Below, piece after piece: positions 1 to 12,345 of a stretch of DNA of 64,000 nucleotides (position 1 is the first letter of the stretch; each line of letters begins with the position of its first letter). The notes under the pieces are model-generated. The model had not been told where the DNA came from, searched no databases, and worked only from the letters and a program-made list of their open reading frames with translations. The position numbers and the translations under genes were made by a program. Source of the DNA: Cyanophora paradoxa CCMP329 (lineage: Eukaryota; Plantae; Glaucophyta); assembly GCA_004431415.1 (NCBI GenBank), contig QPMI01000306.1:1-64000 (forward strand). Reading direction: 5' to 3'.

Positions 1-3000
1 GACTGAATGACTTGCTGGTGGGTGGGTTCATCGTCCTAAAGCTAGCGCCTTGTGCATATTCCCCCAGAGAGATTTGGGGTGCATCTGTCTTCTATTTTGT
101 GGCAGATCAGACTCTTGAGGCCTTCGACTGAGTGACTTGCTGGTGGGGAAGGCTAGCGCCTTGTGCATATTCCCCCAGAGAGATTTGAAGTGCATCCTTC
201 TTCTATTTTCTGGTAGATCGGAAACCTGGGGCCTTCCACTGAGTGACTGGTGGCAGGTGGGTCATCTGCCTAAGGCTAGAGCCTTGTGCATATTCCCCCA
301 GAGAGATGTGAAGTGCATCTTTCTTCTATTTTGTGGCAGATCGGTAACCTGGGGCGTTGGATTGAGTGACTTGCTGGTGGGTGGGTCATCTGCCTAAGGC
401 TAGCGCCTTGTGCATATTCCCCCAGAGAAATTTGGGGTGCATCTTTCTTCTATTTTGTCACAGATCGGAAATCTGGGGCGTTGGACTGAGTGACTTGCTG
501 GTGGGTGGGTCATCTGCCTAAGGCTAGCGCCTTGTGCATATTCCCCCTGCGAGATTTGGGGTGCATCTTTCTTCTATTTTGTGGCAGATCGGAAACCTGG
601 GGCCTTCGACTGAGTGACTTGCTGGTGGGTGGGTCATCTGCCTAAGGCTAGCGCCTTGTGCATATTCCCCCAGAGAGATTTGAAGTGCATCCTTCTTCTA
701 TTTTCTGGTAGATCGGAAACCTGGGCCTTTGACTGAGTGACTTGCTGGTGGGTGGGTCATCTGCCTAAGGCTAGCGCCTTGTGCATATTCCCCCAGAGAG
801 ATTTGAAGTGCATCCTTCTATTTTCTGGTAGATCGGAAACCTGGCGCCTTCCACTGAGTGACTGGTGGCAGGTGGGTCATCTGCCTAAGGCTAGCACCTT
901 GTGCATATTCCCCCAGAGAGATGTGAAGTGCATCTTTCTTCTATTTTGTGGCAGATCGGAACCTGGGGCGTTGGACTGAGTGACTTGCTTTTGGGAGGGT
1001 CATCTGCCTAGGGCTAGCGCCTTGTGCATATTCCCCCAGAGAGATTTGGGGTGCATCTTTCTTCGATTTTGTGGCAGATCGGAAACCTGGGGCCTTTGAC
1101 TGGGTGACTTGCTTTTGGGAGGGTCATCTGCCTAAGGCTAGCGCCTTGTGCATATTCCCCCAGGGAGATTTGGGGTGCATCTTTCTTCTAGTTTCTGGCA
1201 GATTGGAAACCTGGGGCGTTGGACTGAGTGACTTGGTGGCAGGTGGGTCATTTGCCTAAGGATAGAGCCTTGTGCATATTCCCCCAGAGAGATGTGAAGT
1301 GCATCTTTCTTCTATTTTGTGGCAGGTTGGTAATCTGGGGCGTTGGACTGAGTGACTTGCTTTTTGAAGAGTCATCTGCCTAAGGCTAGCCCCTTGTGCA
1401 TATTCCCCCAGAGAAATTTGGGGTGCATCTTTCTTTTATTTTGTCACAGATCGGTAATCTGGGGCGTTGGAATGAGTGACTTGCTGGTGGGTGGGTCATC
1501 TGCCTAAGGCTAGCACCTTGTGCATATTCCCCCTGCGAGATTTGGGGTGCATCTTTCTTCTATTTTGTCACAGATCGGAAATCTGGGGCGTTGGACTGAG
1601 TGACTTGCTGGTGGGTGGGTCATCTGCCTAAGGCTAGCGCCTTGTGCATATTCCCCCTGCGAGATTTGGGGTGCATCTTTCTAGCGCCTTGTGCATATTC
1701 CCCCAGAGAGATTTGGGGTGCATCTTTCTTCTATTTTGTGGCAGATCGGAACCTGGGGCGTTGGACTGAGTGACTTGCTTTTGGGAGGGTCATCTGCCTA
1801 AGGCTAGCGCCTTGTGCATATTCCCCCAGAGAGATTTGAAATGCATCCTTCTTCTTTTTTCTGGTAGATCGGAAACCTCGGGCCTTCCACTGAGTGACTG
1901 GTGGCAGGTGGGTCATCTGCCTAAGGCTAGAGCCTTGTGCATATTCCCCCAGAGAGATGTGAAGTGCATCTTTCTTCTATTTTGTGGCAGATCGGAACCT
2001 GGGGCGTTGGACTGAGTGACTTGCTTTTGGGAGGGTCATCTGCCTAAGGCTAGCGCCTTGTGCATATTCCCCCTGCGAGATTTGGGGTGCATCTTTCTTC
2101 TATTTTCTGGCAGATTGGAAACCTGGGGCCTTCGACTGAGTGACTTGCTGGTGGGTGGGTCATCTGCCTAAGGCTAGCGCCTTGTGCATATTCCCCCAGA
2201 GAGATTTGAAGTGCATCCTTCTTCTATTTTCTGGTAGATCGGGAACCTGGGGCCTTCCACTGAGTGACTGGTGGCAGGTGGGTCATCTGCCTAAGGCTAG
2301 AGCCTTGTGCATATTCCCCCAGAGAGAAGTGAAGTGCATCTTTCTTCTATTTTGTGGCAGATCGGAGCCTGGGGCGTTGCATTGAGTGACTTGCTGGTGG
2401 GTGGGTCATCTGCCTAAGGCTAGCGCCTTGTGCATATTCCCCTGCGAGATTTGGGTGCATCTTTCTAGCGCCTTGTGCATATTCCCCAGAGAGATTTGGG
2501 TGCATCTTTCTTCTATTTTGTGGCAGATCGGAACCTGGGGCGTTGGACTGAGTGACTTGCTTTTGGGAGGGTCATCTGCCTAAGGCTAGCGCCTTGTGCA
2601 TATTCCCCCAGAGAGATTTGAAATGCATCCTTCTTCTATTTTCTGGTAGATCGGAAACCTCGGGCCTTCCACTGAGTGACTGGTGGCAGGTGGGTCATCT
2701 GCCTAAGGCTAGAGCCTTGTGCATATTCCCCCAGAGAGATGTGAAGTGCATCTTTCTTCTATTTTGTGGCAGATCGGAACCTGGGGCGTTGGACTGAGTG
2801 ACTTGCTTTTGCGAGGGTCATCTGCCTAAGGCTAGTGCCTTGTGCATATTCCCCCTGCGAGAGTTGGGGTGCATCTTTCTTCTATTTTCTGGCCGATTGG
2901 AAACCTGGGGCCTTCGACTGAGTGACTTGCTGGTGGGTGGGTCATCTGCCTAAGGCTAGCGCCTTGTGCATATTCTCCCAGAGAGATTTGAAGTGCATCC

Positions 3001-6000
3001 TTCTTCTATTTTCTGGTAGATCGGGAACCTGGGGCCTTCCACTGAGTGACTGGTGGCAGGTGGGTCATCTGCCTAAGGCTAGAGCCTTGTGCATATTCCC
3101 CCAGAGAGAAGTGAAGTGCATCTTTCTTCTATTTTGTGGCAGATCGGAGCCTGGGGCGTTGCATTGAGTGACTTGCTGGTGGGTGGGTCATCTGCCTAAG
3201 GCTAGCGCCTTGTGCATATTCCCCCTGCGAGATTTGGGGTGCATCTTTCTAGCGCCTTGTGCATATTCCCCCAGAGAGATTTGGGGTGCATCTTTCTTCT
3301 ATTTTGTGGCAGATCGGAACCTGGGGCGTTGGACTGAGTGACTTGCTTTTGGGAGGGTCATCTGCCTAAGGCTAGCGCCTTGTGCATATTCCCCCAGAGT
3401 GATTTGAAATGCATCCTTCTTCTATTTTCTGGTAGATCGGAAACCTCGGGCCTTCCACTGAGTGACTGGTGGCAGGTGGGTCATCTGCCTAAGGCTAGAG
3501 CCTTGTGCATATTCCCCCAGAGAGATGTGAAGTGCATCTTCCTTCTATTTTGTGGCAGATCGGAACCTGGGGCGTTGGACTGAGTGACTTGCTTTTGGGA
3601 GGGTCATCTGCCTAAGGCTAGCGCCTTGTGCATATTCCCCCTGCGAGATTTGGGGTGCATCTTTCTTCTATTTTCTGGCAGATTGGAAACCTGGGGCCTT
3701 CGACTGAGTGACTTGCTGGTGGGTGGGTCATCTGCCTAAGGCTAGCGCCTTGTGCATATTCCCCCAGAGAGATTTGAAGTGCATCCTTCTTCTATTTTCT
3801 GGTAGATCGGGAACCTGGGGCCTTCCACTGAGTGACTGGTGGCAGGTGGGTCATCTGCCTAAGGCTAGAGCCTTGTGCATATTCCCCCAGAGAGAAGTGA
3901 AGTGCATCTTTCTTCTATTTTGTGGCAGATCGGAGCCTGGGGCGTTGCATTGAGTGACTTGCTGGTGGGTGGGTCATCTGCCTAAGGCTAGCGCCTTGTG
4001 CATATTCCCCTGCGAGATTTGGGGTGCATCTTTCTAGCGCCTTGTGCATATTCCCCCAGAGAGATTTGGGGTGCATCTTTCTTCTATTTTGTGGCAGATC
4101 GGAACCTGGGGCGTTGGACTGAGTGACTTGCTTTTGGGAGGGTCATCTGCCTAAGGCTAGCGCCTTGTGCATATTCCCCCAGAGAGATTTGAAATGCATC
4201 CTTCTTCTATTTTCTGGTAGATCGGAAACCTCGGGCCTTCCACTGAGTGACTGGTGGCAGGTGGGTCATCTGCCTAAGGCTAGAGCCTTGTGCATATTCC
4301 CCCAGAGAGATGTGAAGTGCATCTTCCTTCTATTTTGTGGCAGATCGGAACCTGGGGCGTTGGACTGAGTGACTTGCTTTGGGAGGGTCATCTGCCTAAG
4401 GCTAGCGCCTTGTGCATATTCCCCTGCGAGAGTTGGGGTGCATCTTTCTTCTATTTTCTGGCAGATTGGAAACCTGGGCCTTCGACTGAGTGACTTGCTG
4501 GTGGGTGGGTCATCTGCCTAAGGCTAGCGCCTTGTGCATATTCTCCCAGAGAGATTTGAAGTGCATCCTTCTTCTATTTTCTGGTAGATCGGGAACCTGG
4601 GGCCTTCCACTGAGTGACTGGTGGCAGGTGGGTCATCTGCCTAAGGCTAGAGCCTTGTGCATATTCCCCCAGAGAGAAGTGAAGTGCATCTTTCTTCTAT
4701 TTTGTGGCAGATCGGAGCCTGGGGCGTTGCATTGAGTGACTTGCTGGTGGGTGGGTCATCTGCCTAAGGCTAGCGCCTTGTGCATATTCCCCCTGCGAGA
4801 TTTGGGGTGCATCTTTCTAGCGCCTTGTGCATATTCCCCCAGAGAGAAGTGAAGTGCATCTTTCTTCTATTTTGTGGAAGATCGGAGCCTGGGGCGTTGC
4901 ATTGAGTGACTTGCTTTTGGGAGGGTCATCTGCCTAAGGCTAGCGCCTTGTGCATATTCCCCCAGAGAGATTTGAAGTGCATCCTTCTTCTATTTTCTGG
5001 TAGATCGGAAACCTCGGGCCTTCCACTGAGTGACTGGTGGCAGGTGGGTCATCTGCCTTAGGCTAGAGCCTTGTGCATATTCCCCCAGAGAGATGTGAAG
5101 TGCATCTTTCTTCTATTTTGTGGCAGATCGGAACCTGGGGCGTTGGACTGAGTGACTTGCTTTTGGGAGGGTCATCTGCCTAAGTCTAGCGCCTTGTGCA
5201 TATTCCCCCAGAGAGATTTGAAGTGCATCCTTCTTCTATTTTCTGGTAGATCGGAAACCTCGGGCCTTCCACTGAGTGACTGGTGGCAGGTGGGTCATCT
5301 GCCTAAGGCTAGAGCCTTGTGCATATTCCCCCAGAGATGTGAAGTGCATCTTTCTTCTATTTTGTGGCAGATCGGAACCTGGGGCGTTGGACTGAGTGAC
5401 TTGCTTTTGGGAGGGTCATCTGCCTAAGGCTAGCGCCTTGTGCATATTCCCCCAGAGAGATTTGGGGTGCATCTTTCTTCTATTTTGTGGCAGATCGGAA
5501 ACCTGGGGCCTTCGACTGAGTGACTTGCTGGTGGGTGGGTCATCTGCCTAAGGCTAGCGCCTTGTGCATATTCCCCCAGAGAGATTTGAAGTGCATCCTT
5601 CTTCTATTTTCTGGCAGATCGGAAACCTGGGGCCTTCCACTGAGTGACTGGTGGCAGGTGGGTCATCTGCCTAAGGCTAGAGCCTTGTGCATATTCCCCC
5701 AGAGAGATTAGAAGTGCATCTTTCTTCTATTTTGTGGCAGATCGGAGCCTGGGGTGTTGCATTGAGTGACTTGCTTTTGGGAGGGTCATCTGCCTAAGGC
5801 TAGCGCCTTGTGCATATCCCCCCAGAGAGATTTGGGGTGCATCTTTTTCTTTTTTGTCACAAATCAGAAACCTGGGGCCTTCGACTGAGTGACTTGCTGG
5901 TGGGTGGGTCATCTGCCTAAGGCTAGCGCCTTCTACATATCCCCCCAGAGAGGTTTGGGGTGAATCTTTCTTCTATTTTGTGGCAGATCGGAAACCTGGG

Positions 6001-7060
6001 GAGTTGGACTGAGTGACTTGCTGGTGGGTGGGTCCTCTGCCTAAGGCTAGCGCCTTGTGCATATTCCCCCAGAGAGAAGTGAAGTGCATCTTTCTTCTAT
6101 TTTGCGGCGGATCAGAAACCTCGGGCCTTCCACTGAGTGACTTGGTGGTGGGTGGGTCATCTGCCTAAGGCTAGCGCCTTGTGCATATTCCCCCAGAGAG
6201 ATTAGAAGTGCATCTTCCTTCTATTTTGTGGCAGATCGGAAACCTGGGGCGTTGGACTGAGTGACTTGTTTTTGCGAGGGTCATCTGCCTAAGGCTAGCG
6301 CCTTGTGCATATTCCCCCAGAGAGATTTGGGGTGAATCTTTTTCTTTTTTGCCACAGATCGGAAACCTGGGGAGTTGGACTGAGTGACTTGCTGCTGGGT
6401 GGGTCATCTGCCTAAGGCTAGCACCTTGTACATATCCCCCTGGAGAGATTTGGGGTGCATCTTTCTTCTATTTTGCGGCAGATCGGAAACCTGGGGCGTT
6501 GGACTGAGTGACTTGCTGGTGGGTGGGTCATCTGCCTAAGGCTAGCGCCTTGTGGATATTTTCCCAGAGAGATTTGGGGTGCATCTTTCTTCTATTTTGT
6601 GGCAGATTGGAAACCTGGGGCGTTGGACTGAGTGACTTGGTGGTGGGTGGGTCATCTGCCTAAGGCTAGCGCCTTGTGGATATTTTTTCAGAGAGATTTG
6701 GGGTGCATCTTTCTTCTATTTTGTGGCAGATCGGAAACCTGGGGCCTTGGAGGGAGTGACTTGGTGGCGGGTGGGTCATCTGCCTAAGGCTAGCGCCTTG
6801 TGCATATTCCCCCAGAGAGATTTGGGGTGCATCTTTCTTCTTTTTGTCACAGATCAGAAACCTGGGGCCTTCGACTGAGTGACTTGCTGGTGGGTGGGTC
6901 CTCTGCGCTAGCCTTAGGAAGATGAACCCACCCACCACTAGGGCCTTCGAATGAGTGACTTGCTGGTGGGTGGGTCATCTCCCTAAGGCTAGCGCCTTGT
7001 GCATATTCCCCCAGAGAGATTTGGGGTGCATCTATCTTCTTTTTTCTGGCAGATTGGAAC
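1..7060 (+). repeat. Sat124 satellite array (~124 bp monomer) with a ~785 bp higher-order repeat at ~1600-4900
   Basis: Tandem monomer GAGTGACTTGCTGGTGGGTGGGTCATCTGCCTAAGGCTAGCGCCTTGTGCATATTCCCCCAGAGAGATTTGGGGTGCATCTTTCTTCTATTTTGTGGCAGATCGGAAACCTGGGGCCTTCGACT; near-identical spurious ORFs recur at 1770, 2552, 3338 and 4123. Confidence 0.98.
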
Positions 7061-7111
7061 CCTGCCCCTGCCCCTCCTTCGGTGATGCTGTTTTCCCTGC
7101 CTCGGTTTCTT

Positions 7112-7760
7112 TCCAAGCCTACGACGGTACACAGCACGAATAGTGTCGCTTGACGAGGCCAGTGTTCAAGAAAGCATTTCAGATCGTTCCAAAAGAAAGA
7201 AAGAGAGATTTAGAGAGATTCCAAAAGGAAAGAAAAGAGACAACTCCGCAAACTCAAGGGATTCCACGGAAAACGGAGGTATCACAAGCAAACGACCTCG
7301 GCCAGCCGGCCAAGAGCGGACAGAGCTTCGAAAATGAGATCCATGAGTGAATCGCGATGCAACAAGCTTATGTTCTCCGCAAAATGGCGGAATCGACAAT
7401 GAAAGGTCGCAGTGCGCAAATCGCTGCAGAACGCACTGTCAGCCTATACGCAATCAGAAGAACGATGCGCAGACGCTGTGAGACCGCTGTGTCGAACACT
7501 TTGCGTCGAACATTCCACCGCTGCCACGAAATACAATGGCTTCCGGCGGCAGCCCCGCTGAAAAGAAGCTGCTAGAAGCTATACGATGGGTTCTAAGCCA
7601 CTTCCGCACACGGCGCAGTGCCGTGCCGGGACGCACATGCACACACGCGTAATATCCGCGTATGATTGAATGACATACACCTACACGAGGGACGGGGTAT
7701 CACTAACGTACATGCTACATTCGCTACGGCGAAAGGGAAGGGGAACTACGCTTCGCAACA
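7112..7760 (-). mobile_element. Gypsy family B 5' LTR plus leader fragment (inverted relative to the adjacent pol piece)
   Basis: Near-identical to 35791-36420. Minus strand begins TGTTGCGAAGCGTAGTTCCCC. PBS-like TCGTGGCAGCGGTGGAAT at ~7512-7529 resembles the complement of a tRNA-Leu 3' end. Confidence 0.85.
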
Positions 7761-9849
7761 ATTACTCTCAATGAGTTCTTGAAGCGGCAGTCGTTGTCGG
7801 TCGCTCGCGCTTTCCCTTTCCCTTCCTTGGATGCTTTTCCATCTTCTTCTATTTCTTCTCCTTCTTCTGGTCCCGATGTTACCCTTGTCAAAGAGAATGA
7901 TCCCATTATCCATGAGGTTGCTTCAGTGGAAATTCGCCCAGACATTCATCCTGGCTATGGTCAAGCGCATTCGCGTGGAATTAATAACAAATTGAATGAT
8001 TCAAAAAGTGCTAGTAGAGTAGTGGTAGTTAGTGGAAATCGTGAAAATTAAGGATGTTTTGGATGACTCGAAAAGTGCTAGTAGAGTAGTGGTAGTTAGT
8101 GGAAATCGTGGAAAATTGGAACAGAAGTCCCTTTCGAATTTCTTTTCTGATGAGCTGCGATGGAAACGAGATGCCCCTGCTAGAAAGCATTTTATGTCAT
8201 CTACAAATAATTCGAAGCCGGTTTCCCTGAAGTTGTCTTTTGATGATAATGGCCGAGCCTCAATTGAAATTTGTTCTCTGGACTCCCAGAGCCCTCCTGC
8301 TGAGCCTGCATTCGCAGGGCCGCGTCGCTTCATGACCTCAGCTCTGGGGAGGTCAACTCTGGACGTTGTCATTCAGGGAAAACATCACAAATTCCTTCTT
8401 GACAGCGGGGCAGATGTCTCTTTCATTCTTTCTTCTACTATCTCTTCTCTTGGACTTCAAAATAAGGTGTTTAGAACTATTCACACTCCTTCTGTCAAGC
8501 TCCCGAATTCAGCATTGGTGGCTGTTCCTGGTGAGGTTCATGTGGCTGCTACTATTGGGCCCCTCACCCGGAGTTTTCCCTTTCTTGTGGTTGATTTCCC
8601 GGGATACGCATTCGATGGCATCTTAGGCCAAGATTTCTTTTCTGATAATGGAGTCACCTATTGCAATAAGGACGCTGATAACCGATTTGTGGTCTTCGCC
8701 AAGCACCCAGACAAGCCAGTTAAGTGTGGAATTCTCTCTTTCTTACCTGGCACCTCTACGCAGCCGAGTTCTCTGTCGCCGGAGACACCGAAATCTGACC
8801 CCTTGGACGACTCCAGCATTCGCAGAGTGTCCAAGGAGCATGGTCATATTCTGGAGGTTGCAAGGGAGGTTAAAATTGAACCTGGTGTGCAACGGAAAGT
8901 TGAACTGCAAATCGGAGGCAACCGCTATTTGCCGGATTGTGAAGGTTTTCTTGTCAACTTCTACAAATGGGACGACAATCAGGAGGTCCGTGTGGCAAAC
9001 GGGCTTGCTGCGTGTCGTGGAGGCAAAGTGTATGCTTTAGTTCCGAATTTGAGCAATCGTTTTTCTGAGAAACCAGTTGTTTTGAAGAAGGGCCGTGCAA
9101 TCGCACGATTTGTCCCTGAGAAAAATCTCGAAGCTGAAGTTTTTGACTTGGCTCTTAATTTGAGTTATGATCAAGATGGGAACGGCAAGTATGTAAAGGT
9201 CGACCGGCCTGGCGAGGTTCCGTCGCCTTTGTGCACAACATACTCTGCTCAGTACACTTGCGCAGACTCATCGCAAGTCAACTCTGCCGATGCCAAAAAT
9301 GTTGACAATTCTTTCGTGGAAATCGCGCCTCCAAAACGTTCACCGGAGTCCGAGAATGCTTCGAAAAATGTTTTTGATAGTGTAGGTCTTCCCGAGTGTT
9401 CATACCCATATGAGGAGAAGTTAGGTAGTTTTTCGCATTTGAACGCTGTTCCGATCAAGCTTCGACTGTTATTTTCGATGAGTTGCGGCAACGGTATGGC
9501 GCCGACATCGTTGATGCTCTCCGAGCCGTCGACATTGGCAGTCGGGATGATACGCCTGCGGAGCGTGCTGTCATGGCTGACTTCCTCGCACAGAACTGGG
9601 ACTTGGCCAAGGCTGCACTACCTCCGTACGACCCGAGTGCGCCTCTGGGGACGCCCGCCCCATCGCGGAGCCCCCTCGGAGGCACTCGCAGACTGAACGA
9701 GAATTAATTATCGATGAGACCAAAAAGTTGCTTTCTCGCAATCTTATTCGTCCCTCTCGCTCACCTTGGGCCGCTCCTGTGGTCCTTGTGCGCAAGAAGG
9801 ATGGATCTCTTCGATTTTGCATTGATTATCGCAAATTGAATTCAGTTAC
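7761..9849 (+). pseudogene. pol: Gypsy family B pol fragment: aspartic protease, dUTPase-like spacer, start of RT
   Basis: LLDSGAD protease motif (ORF 8032-9696) and [32 protein letters not shown] (9728). Frameshifted, with a ~67 bp internal duplication near 7995-8110. Confidence 0.93.
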
Positions 9850-9851
9850 TG

Positions 9852-10260
9852 CCATCTGTGTAATGCTAGCACCTTGTGCATATTCCCCCAGAGAGATTTG
9901 GGGTGCATCTTTCTTCTATTTTGTGGCGGATAAGAAACCTGGGGCCTTCCACTGAGTGACTTGCTGGAGGGTGGGTTCATCTGCCTGAGGCTAGCGCCTT
10001 GTGCATATTCCCCCAGAGAGATTTGGGGTGCATCTTTCTTCTATTTTGTGGCAGATTGGAAAACTGGGGCCTTTGACTGAGTGACCTGCTGGTGGGTGGG
10101 TCATCTGCGTGATGCTAGCACCTTTTGCATATTCCCCCAGAGAGATTTGGGGTGCATCTTTCTTCTATTTTGTGGCAGATCGGAAACCTGGGGGATTTGA
10201 CTGAGTGACTTGCTGGTGGGTGGGTCATCTGCCTGAGGCTAGCACCTTGTGCATATTCCC
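9852..10260 (+). repeat. Sat124 block (~3 monomers)
   Basis: Same monomer sequence. Confidence 0.95.
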
Positions 10261-10893
10261 TGGCTTGCCAGCGAAGGGGACCTGGCCGGTTTCCGGCGGC
10301 TTGCCAGCCAAAGAGCCAGCCAGCCGTACCAGCCGTACCTCTCAGAGGCTGCCGCAGTGCCAGGTACGTACTACGTACTACTTGCAGCAGTCTACTGTGA
10401 CAGTAGTACTGTCTACGCAGACTCTACGGCGCTCTACATATACTCTATGCGTATACGTATACGTACGGCTGCGCGGGAGTTTGAATTCGAATTCAAACTT
10501 CGAAGGCAGATCTAGGCCGTATTTCGCTGTCGGGGATTTGTATGGGAGCCGCGCTACGTAAGGACTACGTAGTTAAAACATGATGGTGATGTCACGTTTT
10601 GCATGATGTCAGGTTAATTTCGAAGTAATTTCGAGTCTCGACGTAGCTTACGCGGGCGCTAATTCTTTACGATTAGCGCCCGTCATCGTAAGCTACGTTC
10701 TTAGGATTTCTAGTGAAACAGCCAATGGAAAGCCAGTAGCGGACGGGTACGCAAAGTACCAAGACAGTACGAGCTTGGAGCAAGCGGCACCGAGGCGGCA
10801 CTTGCATCATCATGGCATCATACTTTTTTCCCCGTTGTTAATTTTCACTACGTAGTAGGCGACAGCGAAATACGGCCCTAGAGCACGGACGCC

Positions 10894-11335
10894 ATGACTC
10901 CCATGAGCGGGTGCGGGAAGGCAGCGTCGGCAGCCGCCAGCGGCAAGGCCAAAGTGCAGTCGAAGCCGACGAAGGAGAAGATGCTCAACTTCTTAGCCGG
11001 CCGCCGTTTTGCGGTGTCGGCGTCCAGCAAAGGCGGCGCCTCGTCCAGCAGCGGCGATGCCTCGCGGCCCGCCGAGTCCGTTGCGAAGAAGGCGAAGGTG
11101 GGCAACGCGCGAGCCGCCCGCGAAGCCGCCGAGCTGGGCCCGTTCGTGCCCTACAGCGACGATGAGTGGGACGCCTGGCTGAGGATGCTGAAGGACGGCT
11201 GGTACTGGATTCACAGCCGCATGGGCAAGTGCGGCAGCGTAGAGTACATCAGCTGCCAGGTAGGTGACTGTCAGCGCGCGGAGCCGCGGGTCATCTACCG
11301 GTATCGGACAGCAGGCGGCAACTGCTCAGCATCGT
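10894..11335 (+). pseudogene. hAT transposase N-terminus with first half of BED zinc finger
   Basis: W..WIH...CQVGDC...GGNCSAS. Removing the 11336-19718 insertion plus one TCGT restores TGC TCA GCA TCG TTT ACG CGC CAT CTC TCC GGC AGC CAC (CSASFTRHLSGSH). Confidence 0.78.
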
Positions 11336-12029
11336 CCGTGTGAGGCCCTTGTATACCCCAAAATGGACGACTCGGAAATCCATTATCCTGCGGCGAAACC
11401 GAGCTACTCGGGGGGCGTACAGGAACTGTTAAGCAGCTGGCCCAGACTGTAGCAGCGCCGCGCCAGGAGAGCGCAGGGCACGTATCGGAAGCACTAGGCG
11501 GGTAGCTGGGCGCGCTGGCTAGCTCCCCGGCGCCCGCACCGCCGACCAACCCGACACCCTGCCTTCCGCGCGGTCGCACGCACCGCGCGGCGAGCCTGGC
11601 CTAGTCTGGCCGCTGGCAGCACGTCCTATATGTTCCAGCCGGCACGTAGCTAGCTACAGCCAGCACCGTGGACGCTCCGCGCCTTGCGAACGGCCGACCT
11701 GCGCGGCTTCGGTGACTGCGGGCGATCCGTCGCTCCCGGTGCCGCTGTATCGCTTCCGAAGGTGCCACATGCATGCTTCTGGGCCTATACGATGCCCAAC
11801 ATGCGTTTGCGGTCCACTGGCGGCGCCTCCTCTGACCGCGGCCGCAGTGTGCTCGGGAGAGCGCGGGGCGCTTCGCGGGGGCGAGCATGGTGCGACGCCG
11901 TCAGCCAGAACAGCGTTCTGCACAACTAAGAGCATCGTTTGCCGTCACAGAACATGTCCGCACTCGCTGGCGCGGCGTGCCGCTGTCCAGAACCGCAGGA
12001 GCCTGCGCCGGGCCGCCCCCGAGCTCATC

Positions 12030-12345
12030 GGACGCGAGGGGACGACGCCGCGACGCCGCCGACGCCTCCAGCCCACGCCGAGCCCGCCCGTGCAGCCCCG
12101 CCCGTGCTCCCCGCCCGCCCGCCGCGTCCGCCGCCGCAGGAGGCCGCGCGGCGCCGCCACGGGGCGCCCCGACGCGAGGGGACGACGCCGCGACGCCGCT
12201 GACGCCTCCAGCCCACGCCGAGCCCGCCCGTGCAGCCCCGCCTGCGCCCCCCGCCCGCCCGCCGCGCGCCCCGCCGCAGGAGGCCGCGCGGTGCCTCCGC
12301 CAGGATGCGAGGGGACGACGCCAGGATGCGGCCGACGCCGCAGCT
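12030..12345. repeat. GC-rich ~140 bp tandem repeat (2+ copies) inside the TIR element
   Basis: GACGCGAGGGGACGACGCCGCGACGCCG...CAGCCCCGCC repeated at ~12032, ~12171 and partially at ~12305. Confidence 0.8.

Noticed and set aside
585-625. Hammerhead-like words in Sat124 (CTGAGTGA and GAAAC)
   Set aside because: The core requires CUGA-N-GA (here two nucleotides), stem II is not adjacent, and no consistent stem III/NUH or stem I is present; an RNAMotif/Infernal search would settle it.
137-7000. Dozens of 60-100 aa ORFs in Sat124 and the 146-bp satellite (also 21193-28412 and 55265-63969)
   Set aside because: Translations of tandem repeats; monomer indels shift frames freely; no protein family signature.
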